A stretch of 64,000 bases of DNA, from positions 26,846,001-26,910,000 of the forward strand of contig CM120642.1 of NCBI GenBank assembly GCA_051362555.1. The letters run 5' to 3'. Source of the stretch: Lingula anatina. Its lineage: Eukaryota > Animalia > Brachiopoda. The notes under the pieces are model-generated. The model was given only the letters and a program-made list of their open reading frames with translations. It was not told the origin of the DNA and did no database searches. Of the stretch, positions 1 to 11,474 are shown in pieces; position 1 is the stretch's first letter; the number at the start of each line of letters is the position of its first letter. A program made the position numbers and the translations under genes.

Positions 1-170
1 ACAATCGAAGATGAAGGTGAGCATTTAGGGTACCTTGTAATATTAAGACAAAGATAGGGCAAATAAAAAGAGATGCAAGGGAAATTTACTGACCGACCTA
101 GATTTGGTTTTTAAGAACAAATAGAGTTAGAAATAGAGCTTCGGGGTCCAATGATTTTAGGCGATGTTTC

Positions 171-212
<42 letters not shown>

Positions 213-3200
213 GTTGTTGTTGTTGTTGTTGTTTGGTCGTTACCAGTCATTAACTATCGTCGTTTAAAAGAGAGATTGGCGATTTCCTGGTTCAAATGTC
301 TCCATCTTATATGGTCGTGTGAAGAACAATATATGATGACTAACTTGCATTTTAGAACGTGGTCCGAACATACTTCAGGCTATTGAAAACATGGGGTAAT
401 TTTGTAAAATGAAAGAAACGTGTAAGAAACGAAGCAAAGGTGGCGTGGGTTAAACAGGTCACACCATTAACACCAGGTCAAAAAGGTTTTGAGGGTGATT
501 CCATACGTTAGGGTCTAATTCCCCATCTACTAAGCTAATGCAAAGAAGAACATTGACATAAGATAAAACAGTTACACTGAAGATACAGAGCGAATTTGCG
601 AATTCGAGCTGATGATGTAACAACAGCGCTTCTGTGGTGAAATTGTGTTTTTGATTTGTTTTTTAAAGATCAAGATGACCCTTGCCTGAACAGCGCCAAG
701 ACCGTTTTAACGCCTATTAAATCGCGACTATAAGTATGTGATTCGTTGCCAGGAATTCTCCTTGAAAGGCTCAGTTCTGATTTTGTCAATAAAGAGGCGA
801 AATAATGCCTTTGTTGGATGTAACATCATTGTGAGGGGCTCATATCTCATCAACAAAAAATTCAAAAGCAAACGCTAAACAGTTTTCGTGATAACATCTA
901 AGTTCTGGAGGTAAGACGCAACCCGATCACTATCTTACAACAACGAAGCTCAACCGTAGCTTAAAAGCAGAAGCGCAAAAGGTAATGAATGAAAAAAAAG
1001 AAATTTTGATTTTTTTGCTCTTAAACTGTTCAATTTGATCGCACTTGTATCTATATAAGTATTTTACATAAAAGAAACGAGAAAATGGTTATCTTGACCA
1101 ATTTAGGCCGCTTTAACGAAACGAACCACCTTAAAAATCTTACAAAAGTATTATACATTTAGATGCCACTTCAGGTCTACAGCAAAGAAAAACGCTTTTT
1201 AGGGCAAAGTTTTTTAACCGTACTTAACAGTATGTTATCAGTAAAATGTTGCTCAACGTGGGGGGATCGAATTCAGAAGTGTATTGTTTTTAGGTCCAAT
1301 CACCCGTGATTGAAAGTATCGCACTTTACATGCTTTTTTGGCCTTCAGGTAATGGATATTTTATTCTGCTTTTTCTTTTAAACGGACGTAAATGGCCGTA
1401 TACAGGGGAGGCGTATTTTTAAGTGACACGCGCATGGAATGGTCTAAATCTGGTCAAATATTACTATTATTTGAGTTTTTAATGACAGGAGTCCAGGTGT
1501 TTATACATTCAATTGTCTAAAGCCAGTGGATTACAAGTGTAATATGTACACTCGCAATCCAACCCAAATACCTAAAGTTAGAGAGTTACTCAACGTCTCA
1601 AAGCCTACGTCTCTTATGTTTTTCAGCTGATAATAAGATAATCCACGGCGAAATTTCTATTAATCACGAAAATGCTTGTTTTGGGAGGATAAACCACTTC
1701 CGAAAAATGTGTCACTGTGTTTGGTAAAAACGCATATTTTGAAAATAGCAATTGGTGCCAATAACTGATAAAACTAAGAGATTAAAGAGACTTGGGGTTG
1801 CTCCCACTCCCTCTCGCCCACCCTCTCCACCCCCTTCCCATATACAAACTCTCTGAGTTTAAACTATGGTGCTCTTTAATATACGGGAAACGGACCCACT
1901 CTCTTCTTGACATCCAGAAACCCCCTTGTGTTATAAGTTTATTATTATTATTATTATTCGGGGGGGGGGGGGGATATTTTAAGGCCACCTGCAATTATTA
2001 CAAGACTGATCATTATTTTATTTTTCGCGGGGGGAGGGGGGGAGGGTTAGGACCAGTAATTTGACATCGAGAGATACAGAACTCAGTTGCAACGCTGAAC
2101 CCGGAAGGAAAATCTTTTAATGAAAGCGCGGACGTGAAACCAACCCCAAGCGTAATCGAGGAGCGAACACCCGGTGACGAGAAATAAGAAGCCAGAACGG
2201 TGTTATTTCTGTCGTATAGATTAATTAAAATAACTTGCCATTCTAATTTCAATCGAGGAGTGCACTCAAAGTGTGGTGTTGCATCGCGCTATTAACGGGG
2301 AAGGGCGTTATCAGCAAAATCGCCCTTTCCCCCTGCGATGTACGAAGCGTCTGCGTGGCGCTGTGTGCGTGATCTGTGCACCTTATGACCTGAAGTTGGG
2401 AAAAGTCCTTGTTATTTGAGAGAAAGGGTTATGTTTATTGCGTGTTGAAATGCTATTGAGGCATAAAACTTGTCTTGATTTGTGGTCATGTTGCACAGAC
2501 TTATGGGTGCTCATGCGTGCCTACATTTCTTTTTTTATCTTTTTTTTTTTTTTAGTAATTACGGAAGATGGTGTTGTACATGAGGGTTTACGTGATACAA
2601 AAGGATCGATGGTTAATTTGGTAAAGCAGATGCCAGATAAGAGGTTTTGCAGAAGTATTTCCATTTGTATTGATATTACGTCGTAATTACGCATCTTGAA
2701 CAAACAAACCTGTACAATGTGAGCCACATATCTTTTTATGGTTTACTAGTGCTGTCGCTGTAGCAATTCGTTACGATGCAAAGTTCATTGTTTTTGGATT
2801 TGCCTCCATCCTCTCTCTCTCTCTGTGGTCGTCCACCCATATTAGGGGTCAGTGAGTGCGTAAAATGGCATAATGATTCGAATGATTTTATGTCCCCTGA
2901 AAAGAAACAGTCCGCCACGGCTGGGTTTTCAGTTTCAAGGATTGGGTGTTAAATAACGCCCTCACTCAGGGTTTGGCCCTCTTTCAGCCTATCATAAAAG
3001 AGGCTTTGGTACTGCACCAGAAATATACTGTTATACTGTTCCTGGGCCCACCCAGCACTGCGACTACACCTCGATCACATTTATAGACACATCTTAAACT
3101 GGAAACCATGGGCATTGCAATCTAAGTAAGATGCGGTATCTGATTTGACTGGCGGCAAAATGAACTTGGAAATGAGGAAGTAAAAAAAATTCGTTCAAGA

Positions 3201-4182
3201 TTGAATAAAAAAGAAGAAAAATCAATAAAAAAGAGTATGCAAAGCGATAAACGTAATTTTACAATTGAAAACATCAAATTTCTTTTCAAAGGCTAATTTG
3301 CGAGTTTGTTATAAAATGTTTTAAAATGTGCGTTAGCAAAAAAAAAAAAAAAAATCAGCAATTTTTCTTAATCAAGTAGCTTTTGCCTATCCAAAACCGT
3401 TGACAAATTACGAATTTCATTTTATGTAGCTTTCCCATTTTTGTAATCACAAGTGAAATTCACCAATCTCTAACTGCATCACGAGTGTGTCTCAGAAACA
3501 AGAAACTCTGAACTCAAAACAGGTTTATGGATCATGCCTCTGTGAACAGTTTAATATGGTATGAAGTGATTAAGATTAAATTAACGTTCTAAAGGTCTAA
3601 CGAGCAGCGTGTGCCTTTTAGGCCTTATATCTAAAAAAAATATCTCATCTGTCTCATTTTTTCATTTCCTGTGCTCTTCAAAAATGTAAAGGAAAACTAA
3701 ATTGTATAATAAGTTGGTCCCCATGGTTGCTTTACTTACGTAGAATTACTCGATTAATTGCCATGTGTTTAACAAGGTCTCTGTTTATATTCAAAGCCAT
3801 TTCTTAACCGGGCATTTGTCTATAAAAAATTGAAATGCCTGCAAAATGAGATTTCACAATATTTTATCTCTATTAACAAAATCTTTGATATTATCAATAC
3901 TAGTATGTCTAATGTTAGAAAGGTAAAACTAAATTTTATCCCCTTTGGATCATATGTTTACCTGTATTGGGCACAGTTTCTGCTTTAATCTTTGCTTTCA
4001 AGCATTCTTTTCGAGCATTATTTTTGGTCAGATGCGACATGAATTAAATCATACACAGAAATACAAAGAGATGAGATTGCTTTTGAATGTAGCTTTTATT
4101 GTTTTTCATGTTGCTCTTCAATCTTGGAGGAAGGAAACGAAATGATAACAAGAAGCAACATCATCGTAAAATATTACAAATT

Positions 4183-7100
4183 ATGGCAGCTAAAAATGAT
4201 GATGATGTGAGTAAAATTACCTTTACGTGTCTTTTAAAAAATTGAGATGTTCAAGGATTTTTAAAGTTCAAATAAGACAAAATAAATATCAGGATTTAGA
4301 ATTTACTTACGTTTGATTCGTGATAGTGCTAGTTTTAATGTTACATACTGTAGGAAGCAAGCGTAGATAAGCAGCAACAAATGAAAATCACCACTACTAG
4401 CTTCTTTTACGACTCAAATAAAGTCTACATGGGATATACCAAATTAATCACTCGGTCAGACAAATAAAAGCTGTAGAATTGCACTTTATTCAAATTTCTG
4501 GTCGAAAATTTGACTTATTTATCAGCTAGCTATTCTTGTAAATTATAATTTATATGCTATTTGAAACTATATGGTGGCATTTGGTCAGGTTTAGTGGCAA
4601 TGCTTAGACAAATGTCAATTTTCTTCATATGCACCTTTAACACACTCTCTAGAGCAATACACTGGAAATAATAGCCCTAAGATGTGACTTGAAGACATCC
4701 TACTTTTTCATTTATATGTAATTAACTAATGACCCCCTGCTGTTGTAATTGTGCCTGTTTTAGCCCCTACAGCAAAACCATAAGGAGGACTAGCTTGATT
4801 TGCTCAATACTTGTGGTAAGTGTGGAACTTGAATATGCTTCACACTGAGGCAATCACAGGTGATGAAGTATACCCTCTGATATGGGGGGGGGGGGGGGGG
4901 GGCTTCTGAAATAGTACTGCCTCTTACCACCCCTTGAGCAGTGGCAGCAGCAGAGGAGGACAGTTGTGGGTTTGGGCGCAGTCACTCAGCTGAGCATCTG
5001 GAGTAAGTCTGAGGCTATGCTTGACTAGCACTACCTTATATAGGCAGGCCAGGCCCATAGCCAGAGGGGTTTAGGGGATTTGAAAGGACCACCCTTTTTT
5101 GTCATGAAAAGGTCCATTCTAGGTAAAATTTGATCTAGGTGCACAAAAGTGTAAAAGGTCCACTTTTTCAGAAAAAAAACCTTTTGAAATTGCTGGCTAC
5201 AGGCCTGACAGGGATGTGGGCTACTCGGCACCAATGTGTAAAACACCAAATACAAACTTAAGGGTGTGTCTGGCTTGGAAGTTGTTCTTGTTGATACCTG
5301 AAGTCCCACAGGGTGCGCTACAATAATTTGGTAACAGACTGCTGGCTTACCATGTGGTCAGAGAGTATCTGAGGTAGTCCATACCTGTACTAATGTCATA
5401 TATAAGAAGGAGTGACAATTATGATAATGACACACAGTGGTACAGAACACAACTCCTGAAAGAATATGGGGTTTAAGCATCAGATGTTATTTTTTCTCAA
5501 GAAAAGTAACCAATTTTCTTCTCCTCACAGATCATTGATGGATATCTCCTTGCACTTGGATGCAATGTTTTGTATCCTTTCTAATTCTATAATAAAATTC
5601 TTAACAAATCAAAATTTATTTATCACCATCTTGTACATGTACTGGGGTAAGCCTTGGTATGTTCTTTGTACAAGTTTTAAAACTTTTACAGTACATATCA
5701 ACATACATACATGTATACTATTACCGCATTATTTCAGGCTCAGGATATCCTTGGAGCCTGTCTAGGTATTTTGGTGGAGGAGGCAGACCCTGTCATTCTC
5801 AGGACTACTCTACAAACCTTGCTCAAGTTGATGAAGTAAGTTGGTGACGGGTGACAGATTTTGGTCTTGTTCTGTATTCCATGGTCTGTATGTGTTGTCA
5901 AGCAGTGATGCACTTTAAGTGGAATGATATTGTATTTATATAGCCCAGATTTGCTGTCTCTTTGTATAGGCACATACATGTATATCTGGTGTGTGTATGT
6001 GTGTGTGTATGTGTATGTGTGTGTGTGTGTGTGTGTATGTGTGTGTATGTGTGTGTGTGCGTGCATGTGTGTGCATAGCCCAGCTTTATTGACGACACAC
6101 AACCTTTTTCAAGATTGATGACTTTTGGGCTCACAAAATATACCTTATGACCTCAAACCAACTCCTCTCTTTTAAATTATTAGCAATCATTTTCAACATA
6201 ATATTGTTGCAAAAACACTTTTTGGGAGGAAAAGTGCCTAATTCATTTTGTGTGATTTTATTGATATACTACCATAATAATATTATAACTATATTTTTCA
6301 CAGAAATGCTGCTGAGAATCCGTCTGAGGAGAAGTTCCATCATGTACGGAAGGAAAATAAAGCATTCAGTAATAAAGTGTGGAGATATGCAGGTGCTCAG
6401 CAGTTTATGTTGGCGGCAGGATGGGCTGAGGTTCCTATATATTTATATCTTTGTTTAGTTATGATATTTATAGTAATGAGATTTTTCCAACAATCAGCAA
6501 ACTTCTGACTTTTTGGGAGCCAAAAATATCATTTTTGAGATCAATGCAAATAGCCCCCACATCATATTTTCAGGCTTTTTAACTAAATGGCAGTCTCATC
6601 CCTGTATTTAGTGTATGTGTAACTGTTAAAAATGCCATCTAATGTTGTCATTTAATGTATCACTTGTGTATTGTATTCTTCGATTTGATTCTGAAATCAA
6701 GATCACTATGGATTTGATCTGAATATGTTACTATTTGTCAGTAGATATTCTACTATTGAGAATCCTTTTAAACAAACTGGGTACATTTTCTTACTTGTTA
6801 TGTTCAAAGTAACACTTAAACAGTCTAATATACTGCATCGCTTTTGCACATTTATCATTATTATTAACCTGAAAATTAAATGTCATGGCCATGATTTGTA
6901 TGAGGTTGCTTTTTTTTTTCTTCAGGCAGATGATGCTGTAGTGTTGACAGATTCTGAGAGGTTAAAATGTGCCATTCAACTTCTTGAAGCAAAAATTCTG
7001 TAAGTTTGCATCTGCTTCCATATAAATGGTTTCAAACAACACTATTAGAATATACTAATAGTAATACTGTATATTTCTTAAACATATATGCCTTGAATAA

Positions 7101-7448
7101 ACATTTCCAGACAAGTATTACAACATTGTTTGCTTTGAAATGAAGTGCCCCCAGTAAAAAGATACTACATGAAGCATGTTTTCTTGCTACTTCATTAGAC
7201 AGTACACAGAGCAGTCGGCTGAACCCATTGAGAGTAAAAACAAACCATTGGCATCACCTATTCAGGCAAGCAAACCACAGTCTGGCTGGTCAGACAGAGA
7301 GGTAAACCTCCCTCATCACTCTCAAACCCCCCCTGGTCATAAATATTACATTGTATTTATCTTGTATGTTTGCCTTATTACATTTATCTGGTATGTTTAT
7401 CTTTGGAAGCCTGTCAGAAAAAATGTCTGGATCCGCCCCTGCTGATGC

Positions 7449-7497
<49 letters not shown>

Positions 7498-8800
7498 GGG
7501 GGGGGAAGTGAAGTGAAAAAAAATAGAAAATGGAAGTAATTGTGCAGACCCATAGGCAGGATGATGGTTGGGGTTTTGTATGAACCCCTTCTTTGCAAGG
7601 AAAAAGTCACCATGGGTAAAATTTGATCTAGGTACACAAAGGTTTCATGGTTAAAGTTTCAGAAAAGATCCCCCCTTTAAAATTTGTACCAAAAAAGTGT
7701 GTTTTCATATTCATAAAATTAAAATTTTTGTTGCTTAATCATCACAGCTTAGTGAAAAAGAAAAGCAAATTGCTGCTGAAAGAAAAAGACAACAGGCTCA
7801 GTTGAAAAGAGAAAAAGAAGAAAGGAAAAGAATTAGTGAACAGGTAGATATCATGATTTAAATATATTGGCATTCTAAGATAATTATTTAATATTTTTAT
7901 TTTCATTCTAGATTTTAGATTTTGTTGTGTTTATTAATAGATCCAAGAATGCTATTTCATTGGTTGCAATTCTACTAAAAAAAAGCTATTTATTAAAAAT
8001 AAAGGTATTTTTTTGTAATCTAAATTGTTATAATCAATAATTTTGATACTTGCAAATGCCAATTTTTAGTCATAGTGATTTCTTATCTGTTCCAGATTAA
8101 AGCTGATCGAAGGGAAGCTAATACAAGGGAAGTGAAAGAATCGGTGAGTTGTGGGCTAAGTTCAGATAAAATGTTTGATAGACTACAAAATAGCTTGGTT
8201 TGATTTAACTATAAATTTGAAATTATTGAGTCCTAGGTTAAGTCCACCTTAGAAGTCATTGGGTTCACTGAAGGAGAATACTGACTCCCAGCATGACTAA
8301 GTGTTTAATTACAATCAAACTTTTGACTTTCTAAAGAAAGTTTGAAAATGGCTCCAGTCAGAATGGTGCTGAACACAGTCTTTTTATTTTAAAAATAGCA
8401 TGCAAGACACTTTGATTCTGACGGTGGTATGAAGAGGTTTGATGACATAGGAATAAATCTGAATAAGGTAAAGTTTACTGAAAGGAAATTTTGTAAAAGA
8501 CCATTGACATACTGGTAGATATTTAAGACTTCATTTTCATTCAATTTGTGACAGCTTAATGTATGTATTTTCTATCAGCACACCCACATGATTTTTTAAA
8601 AATTTAAATCAGAAATTTGTTGTAAGGCCACATTCCCATTTCATTCTACTTTTTTTCTAGCAATCCTAAATCATATCTGAGCACACTGCTGATAATAATG
8701 GCCATATCTAACCAAAGGAGGCCAGTCACATAAATGTCAGCTTTTTAAAAAATATTTTTGATTCATTTTATTTTTTATTTAGGGAGGAGGATGAGGATAG
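4183..8800 (+). CDS. PUB-domain and coiled-coil protein with C-terminal GGG-U-G (putative selenoprotein), ~218 aa; exons 4183-4206, 5738-5835, 6304-6430, 6926-6999, 7199-7301, 7748-7843, 8096-8143, 8399-8467, 8783-8800
   Basis: All introns are GT-AG and phase-consistent. Spliced translation: MAAKNDDD-AQDILGACLGILVEEADPVILRTTLQTLLKLMK-NAAENPSEEKFHHVRKENKAFSNKVWRYAGAQQFMLAAGWAE-ADDAVVLTDSERLKCAIQLLEAKIL-QYTEQSAEPIESKNKPLASPIQASKPQSGWSDRE-LSEKEKQIAAERKRQQAQLKREKEERKRISEQ-IKADRREANTREVKES-HARHFDSDGGMKRFDDIGINLNK-GGG(TGA)G*. The segment TLLKLxxNxxxNPxEEKFxxVRxxNxAFxxKVxxxxGAxxFMxAxGW matches the PUB-domain consensus. The first exon is the least certain. Confidence 0.85.
5050..5207. mobile_element. 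Short non-autonomous TIR element (CAGGCCC(A/G)TAGCCAG termini); related copies at ~7545-7680 (+) and ~20945-21076 (-)
   Basis: Left end CAGGCCCATAGCCAG and right end CTGGCTACAGGCCTG are imperfect inverted repeats. The internal segment GGTAAAATTTGATCTAGGTGCACAAA...TTTCAGAAAA recurs at the other two loci. Confidence 0.6.
5988..6074. repeat. (TG)n microsatellite; others at 170-230 (TTA/TTG)n, 7449-7505, 11412-11473, 13848-13923, 14043-14085, 31897-31978, 35807-35940, 49694-49728, 50917-50948, 59192-59279, 63842-63886
   Basis: Directly visible simple repeats. Confidence 0.95.
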
Positions 8801-9426
8801 AATACCTCTTAACATCCAGACCAGATGTTAATCAGGGCTTATGAGAGGATTTTTGCACAAAAAAAATACAGATAATGAAGAAATTGGTAAAATGTTCAGT
8901 CAAGACCATGGGAGAACCTGATGGAAAATTTTTTTTTAATTTTGTAAATTGCCAAAGAAGGGAAGACTGTTGTGTTTTTTATTTGTTGTTTATTTTTTTA
9001 TCGAAGAAATAACTTTTTTTAATTGATGAAAATGATCTCCTATGAAAAACTTTAATATTGTACAGTGTTGATTAACTTTGTTTTAATTGTATACCACACA
9101 TTTCTTCAGACCTGATAGAAATTGGAATATTCACCCTTATGGCTGTGAACTTTTATAAAATTGAGTGTGAGTGACTCTTTACTAGGAATATAGTCACTCG
9201 CTGGTATTTAGTGCTATTAATTCCATCATTTCTATTATTGTAGTTTTTTAAAACAAAAAAAAATGCTATTAAATCCCCATTGCCCTGAGAGACTGGTCAG
9301 AGGTTTTAGAGGTTTTAGCCTAGAATTTAAACTGGCAAGTTTGACAGGGAGAAACTTGAATGTTACACCGGCTTGACTATTATCTATAAGATACGGAAAA
9401 GAATTGTGATTGCTTATTTTGAGTGA

Positions 9427-9497
9427 TGTCAAACTTTTGATGAAGGTAACTGTTTAAATCCTCAAAGGCAGAGCAGAAACCGGAAAGCCAGATTTAA
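9427..9497 (+). promoter_or_regulatory. Type-II eukaryotic SECIS element in the 3'UTR of the PUB-domain gene
   Basis: ATGAA at 9440-9444. Helix-2 strand GGTAACTGTTT (9445-9455) pairs with GAGCAGAAACC (9471-9481) at 9 of 11 positions, including 2 G-U. Apical AAA at 9456-9458, mini-helix CCT/AGG (9460-62/9466-68), 3' GGAA at 9482-9485 supplying the GA of the non-Watson-Crick quartet. Helix 1 is weak. Confidence 0.8.
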
Positions 9498-9498
9498 T

Positions 9499-9504
9499 AA
9501 TAAA
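9499..9504 (+). promoter_or_regulatory. Polyadenylation signal AATAAA immediately after the SECIS
   Basis: AATAAA lies ~14 nt downstream of the SECIS core; position is consistent with the 3' end of the PUB-gene transcript. Confidence 0.5.
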
Positions 9505-9595
9505 GGCGATTTTATATGTGATAAAAATGTAAGAATATGTGACAAAACTGTACTCTTCAAACATGTAAAAAGCAGTTGGTTTCCATTTGGACTTA

Positions 9596-9830
9596 GACTC
9601 CGTTCACATGGAAAGTCTATTTTCTAAAAAATCTATTTTCTATTCGCGGTATCTTGTAATCACGGTCCCTGTGCCCTGAATATCCCGAGAATTAATTACA
9701 GCTTTGGAAGTAACTGGCTCGCGCCGCCAGTATTTACGCCGCGGGTTATTCAGGGCACAGACCGTGATCATAAGATACCGCGAATAGAAAATTGATTTTT
9801 AGAAAATAGACTTTCCATGTGAACGAAGCC
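9596..9830. mobile_element. PIF/Harbinger-type MITE (near-perfect hairpin)
   Basis: ~90-bp inverted arms (CGTTCACATGGAAAGTCTATTTTCTAAAAA...TTTTAGAAAATAGACTTTCCATGTGAACG), flanked by TTA at 9593-95 and 9831-33. Confidence 0.8.
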
Positions 9831-11206
9831 TTAGTCCTATGGATCTAAGAAGACACCCCCCCCACCCCCACCCCCAACATATCATCTGATTAATTCTAGT
9901 AGTTTTCTGTAGAATCTTACCTCAGTAAGGGTTTTTTAAAAATAGGTATTAGGTTATTTATACTACCGTTACCACAATTTGGCTGACGTCCTTTTTATGG
10001 TTAAGTCGGTTTTATATTTTGTTGTACGTCAAAGGGACATTTGTCTTTTGGTTGAAACTGAGAAGTGCTTATTTAAATGTCAATTTTTATGTATCTGCCT
10101 TTAAATTGGTGTGATATTTGTACAGAGATCAAATGGGTATGGCCGATTTTGGTTTGTTGGTATTTTTGTGAAAAAATAAGAGGTCATTTGTATTCACAAG
10201 GAATTTGAGTTCTTATGTATTCAAAATATTTTATTGACTTTTTTTGCATCAAGACAGAAAATGGTGCGTGTATAGAGATCTTGGGATGTTGTATATAAAA
10301 TAATTGAATAAAATACAAAAAGGGACATCATTATTGAAAATTAATGAAGAAAAATGTATCCCCTTTTTGTTATATTGTACACAATGTGTATGTTGCTTTT
10401 ATTCTAGTTCGCGGACCCTACTCTCAAAACTTCGTAACTTATAACAATTTGAAAGTATTTCCGTGAAAAGTTATAAAAAATACGAAAGTTACATGTACAA
10501 CCATTCGAGAATACGGCCCAAGGACAAGAACATACTGAAATCGTTAATAGTATGGATGACGCCAGCAGACAAACAGGTTATCCATTCAAAGGGCTGATAT
10601 ATCAGCCGAGATTGGGGTTTCTATGTTATGTGGCTGTCTGGTGAAGTCACTAAGATTAGTGACATTTCTGGTTCAGAACGCAGCCCTGGGAATGAGATTC
10701 CAAGAATTCTACTACAATCATCTTCTTAGAAGCTTATTCATACCGATAGTTCTCGGTATTTTGTAGGTTTTTTAAACTTTAAATTTAAGTCAGTTTTGTC
10801 TGAAGCAACCAACGAAGAGCACGTGCTTGGTGTAATGTTGTCAGTTGCAAGCATTTCTCGTCTTGCAGGACGTCTGGAGAAAATTCTGTGAAAGACGGCA
10901 ATGGCGCAGCAACCTCCCACATCGCACTTTTTAAGTAGAAAGTGTACAAATGTGACGGCGCATGTCGAGTTTAACGCCCAACGTGCCATGTACAGTGTCA
11001 AACGTAGTACTACTGCCCAGTGTTATCACAGCACGAAAGGTTGAGACCGACTTTCGGTCTACTGTTCATGAAATGTATACCCCCCCCCCCCCCCCCACCC
11101 ACCCACCAAAAAAAAATAATAATAAAAATAAAATAAGGCTCTTCACATGTCCTTGGCCGCCATTTCATTTCTGGTATAATCTCATTGTGTCCTCAGACCG
11201 GAGATT

Positions 11207-11406
11207 TCAGTTTGTCTTCTCATTACTTGCTCCTTCAGATTCTGACACAATCACGTCCGGCGAGTCCAATAACGGCCCTTTTATCTGGAAATGCAATCGA
11301 CTTTGATGTATTGAATGACATCGTGTACTGCTATTTCTTCCTTTCTTTCTTTCTTTTTTTCTTTATTTATTGACATTAAACTGCCAACATCGGCGCAACA
11401 GAATCG

Positions 11407-11474
<68 letters not shown>

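Noticed and set aside
1-2190. Possible tail of an upstream plus-strand gene (donor-like GTGAGC at 17; open stretch ~2070-2188)
   Set aside because: No recognisable domain and no convincing in-phase acceptor.
5531-5646. Possible extra exon (5531-5571) ending in a U12-type donor GTATCCTTT, with TTCTTAAC nearby and a possible micro-exon before GTAAGC at 5647
   Set aside because: The phase does not fit the next exon without a non-canonical acceptor, and the branch-like motif is too close to the donor. Direct splicing of 4206 to 5738 is in frame and simpler. RNA-seq is needed to exclude it fully.
5740-6134. HTHT/CVCV/ERER/LSLS-type ORFs throughout the ORF track
   Set aside because: Microsatellite translations or antisense shadows of real exons.
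7748-7843. VCP-interacting motif (VIM, Rx5AAx2R) in EKEKQIAAERKR
   Set aside because: Only the AA core matches; the flanking Arg positions are E and K.
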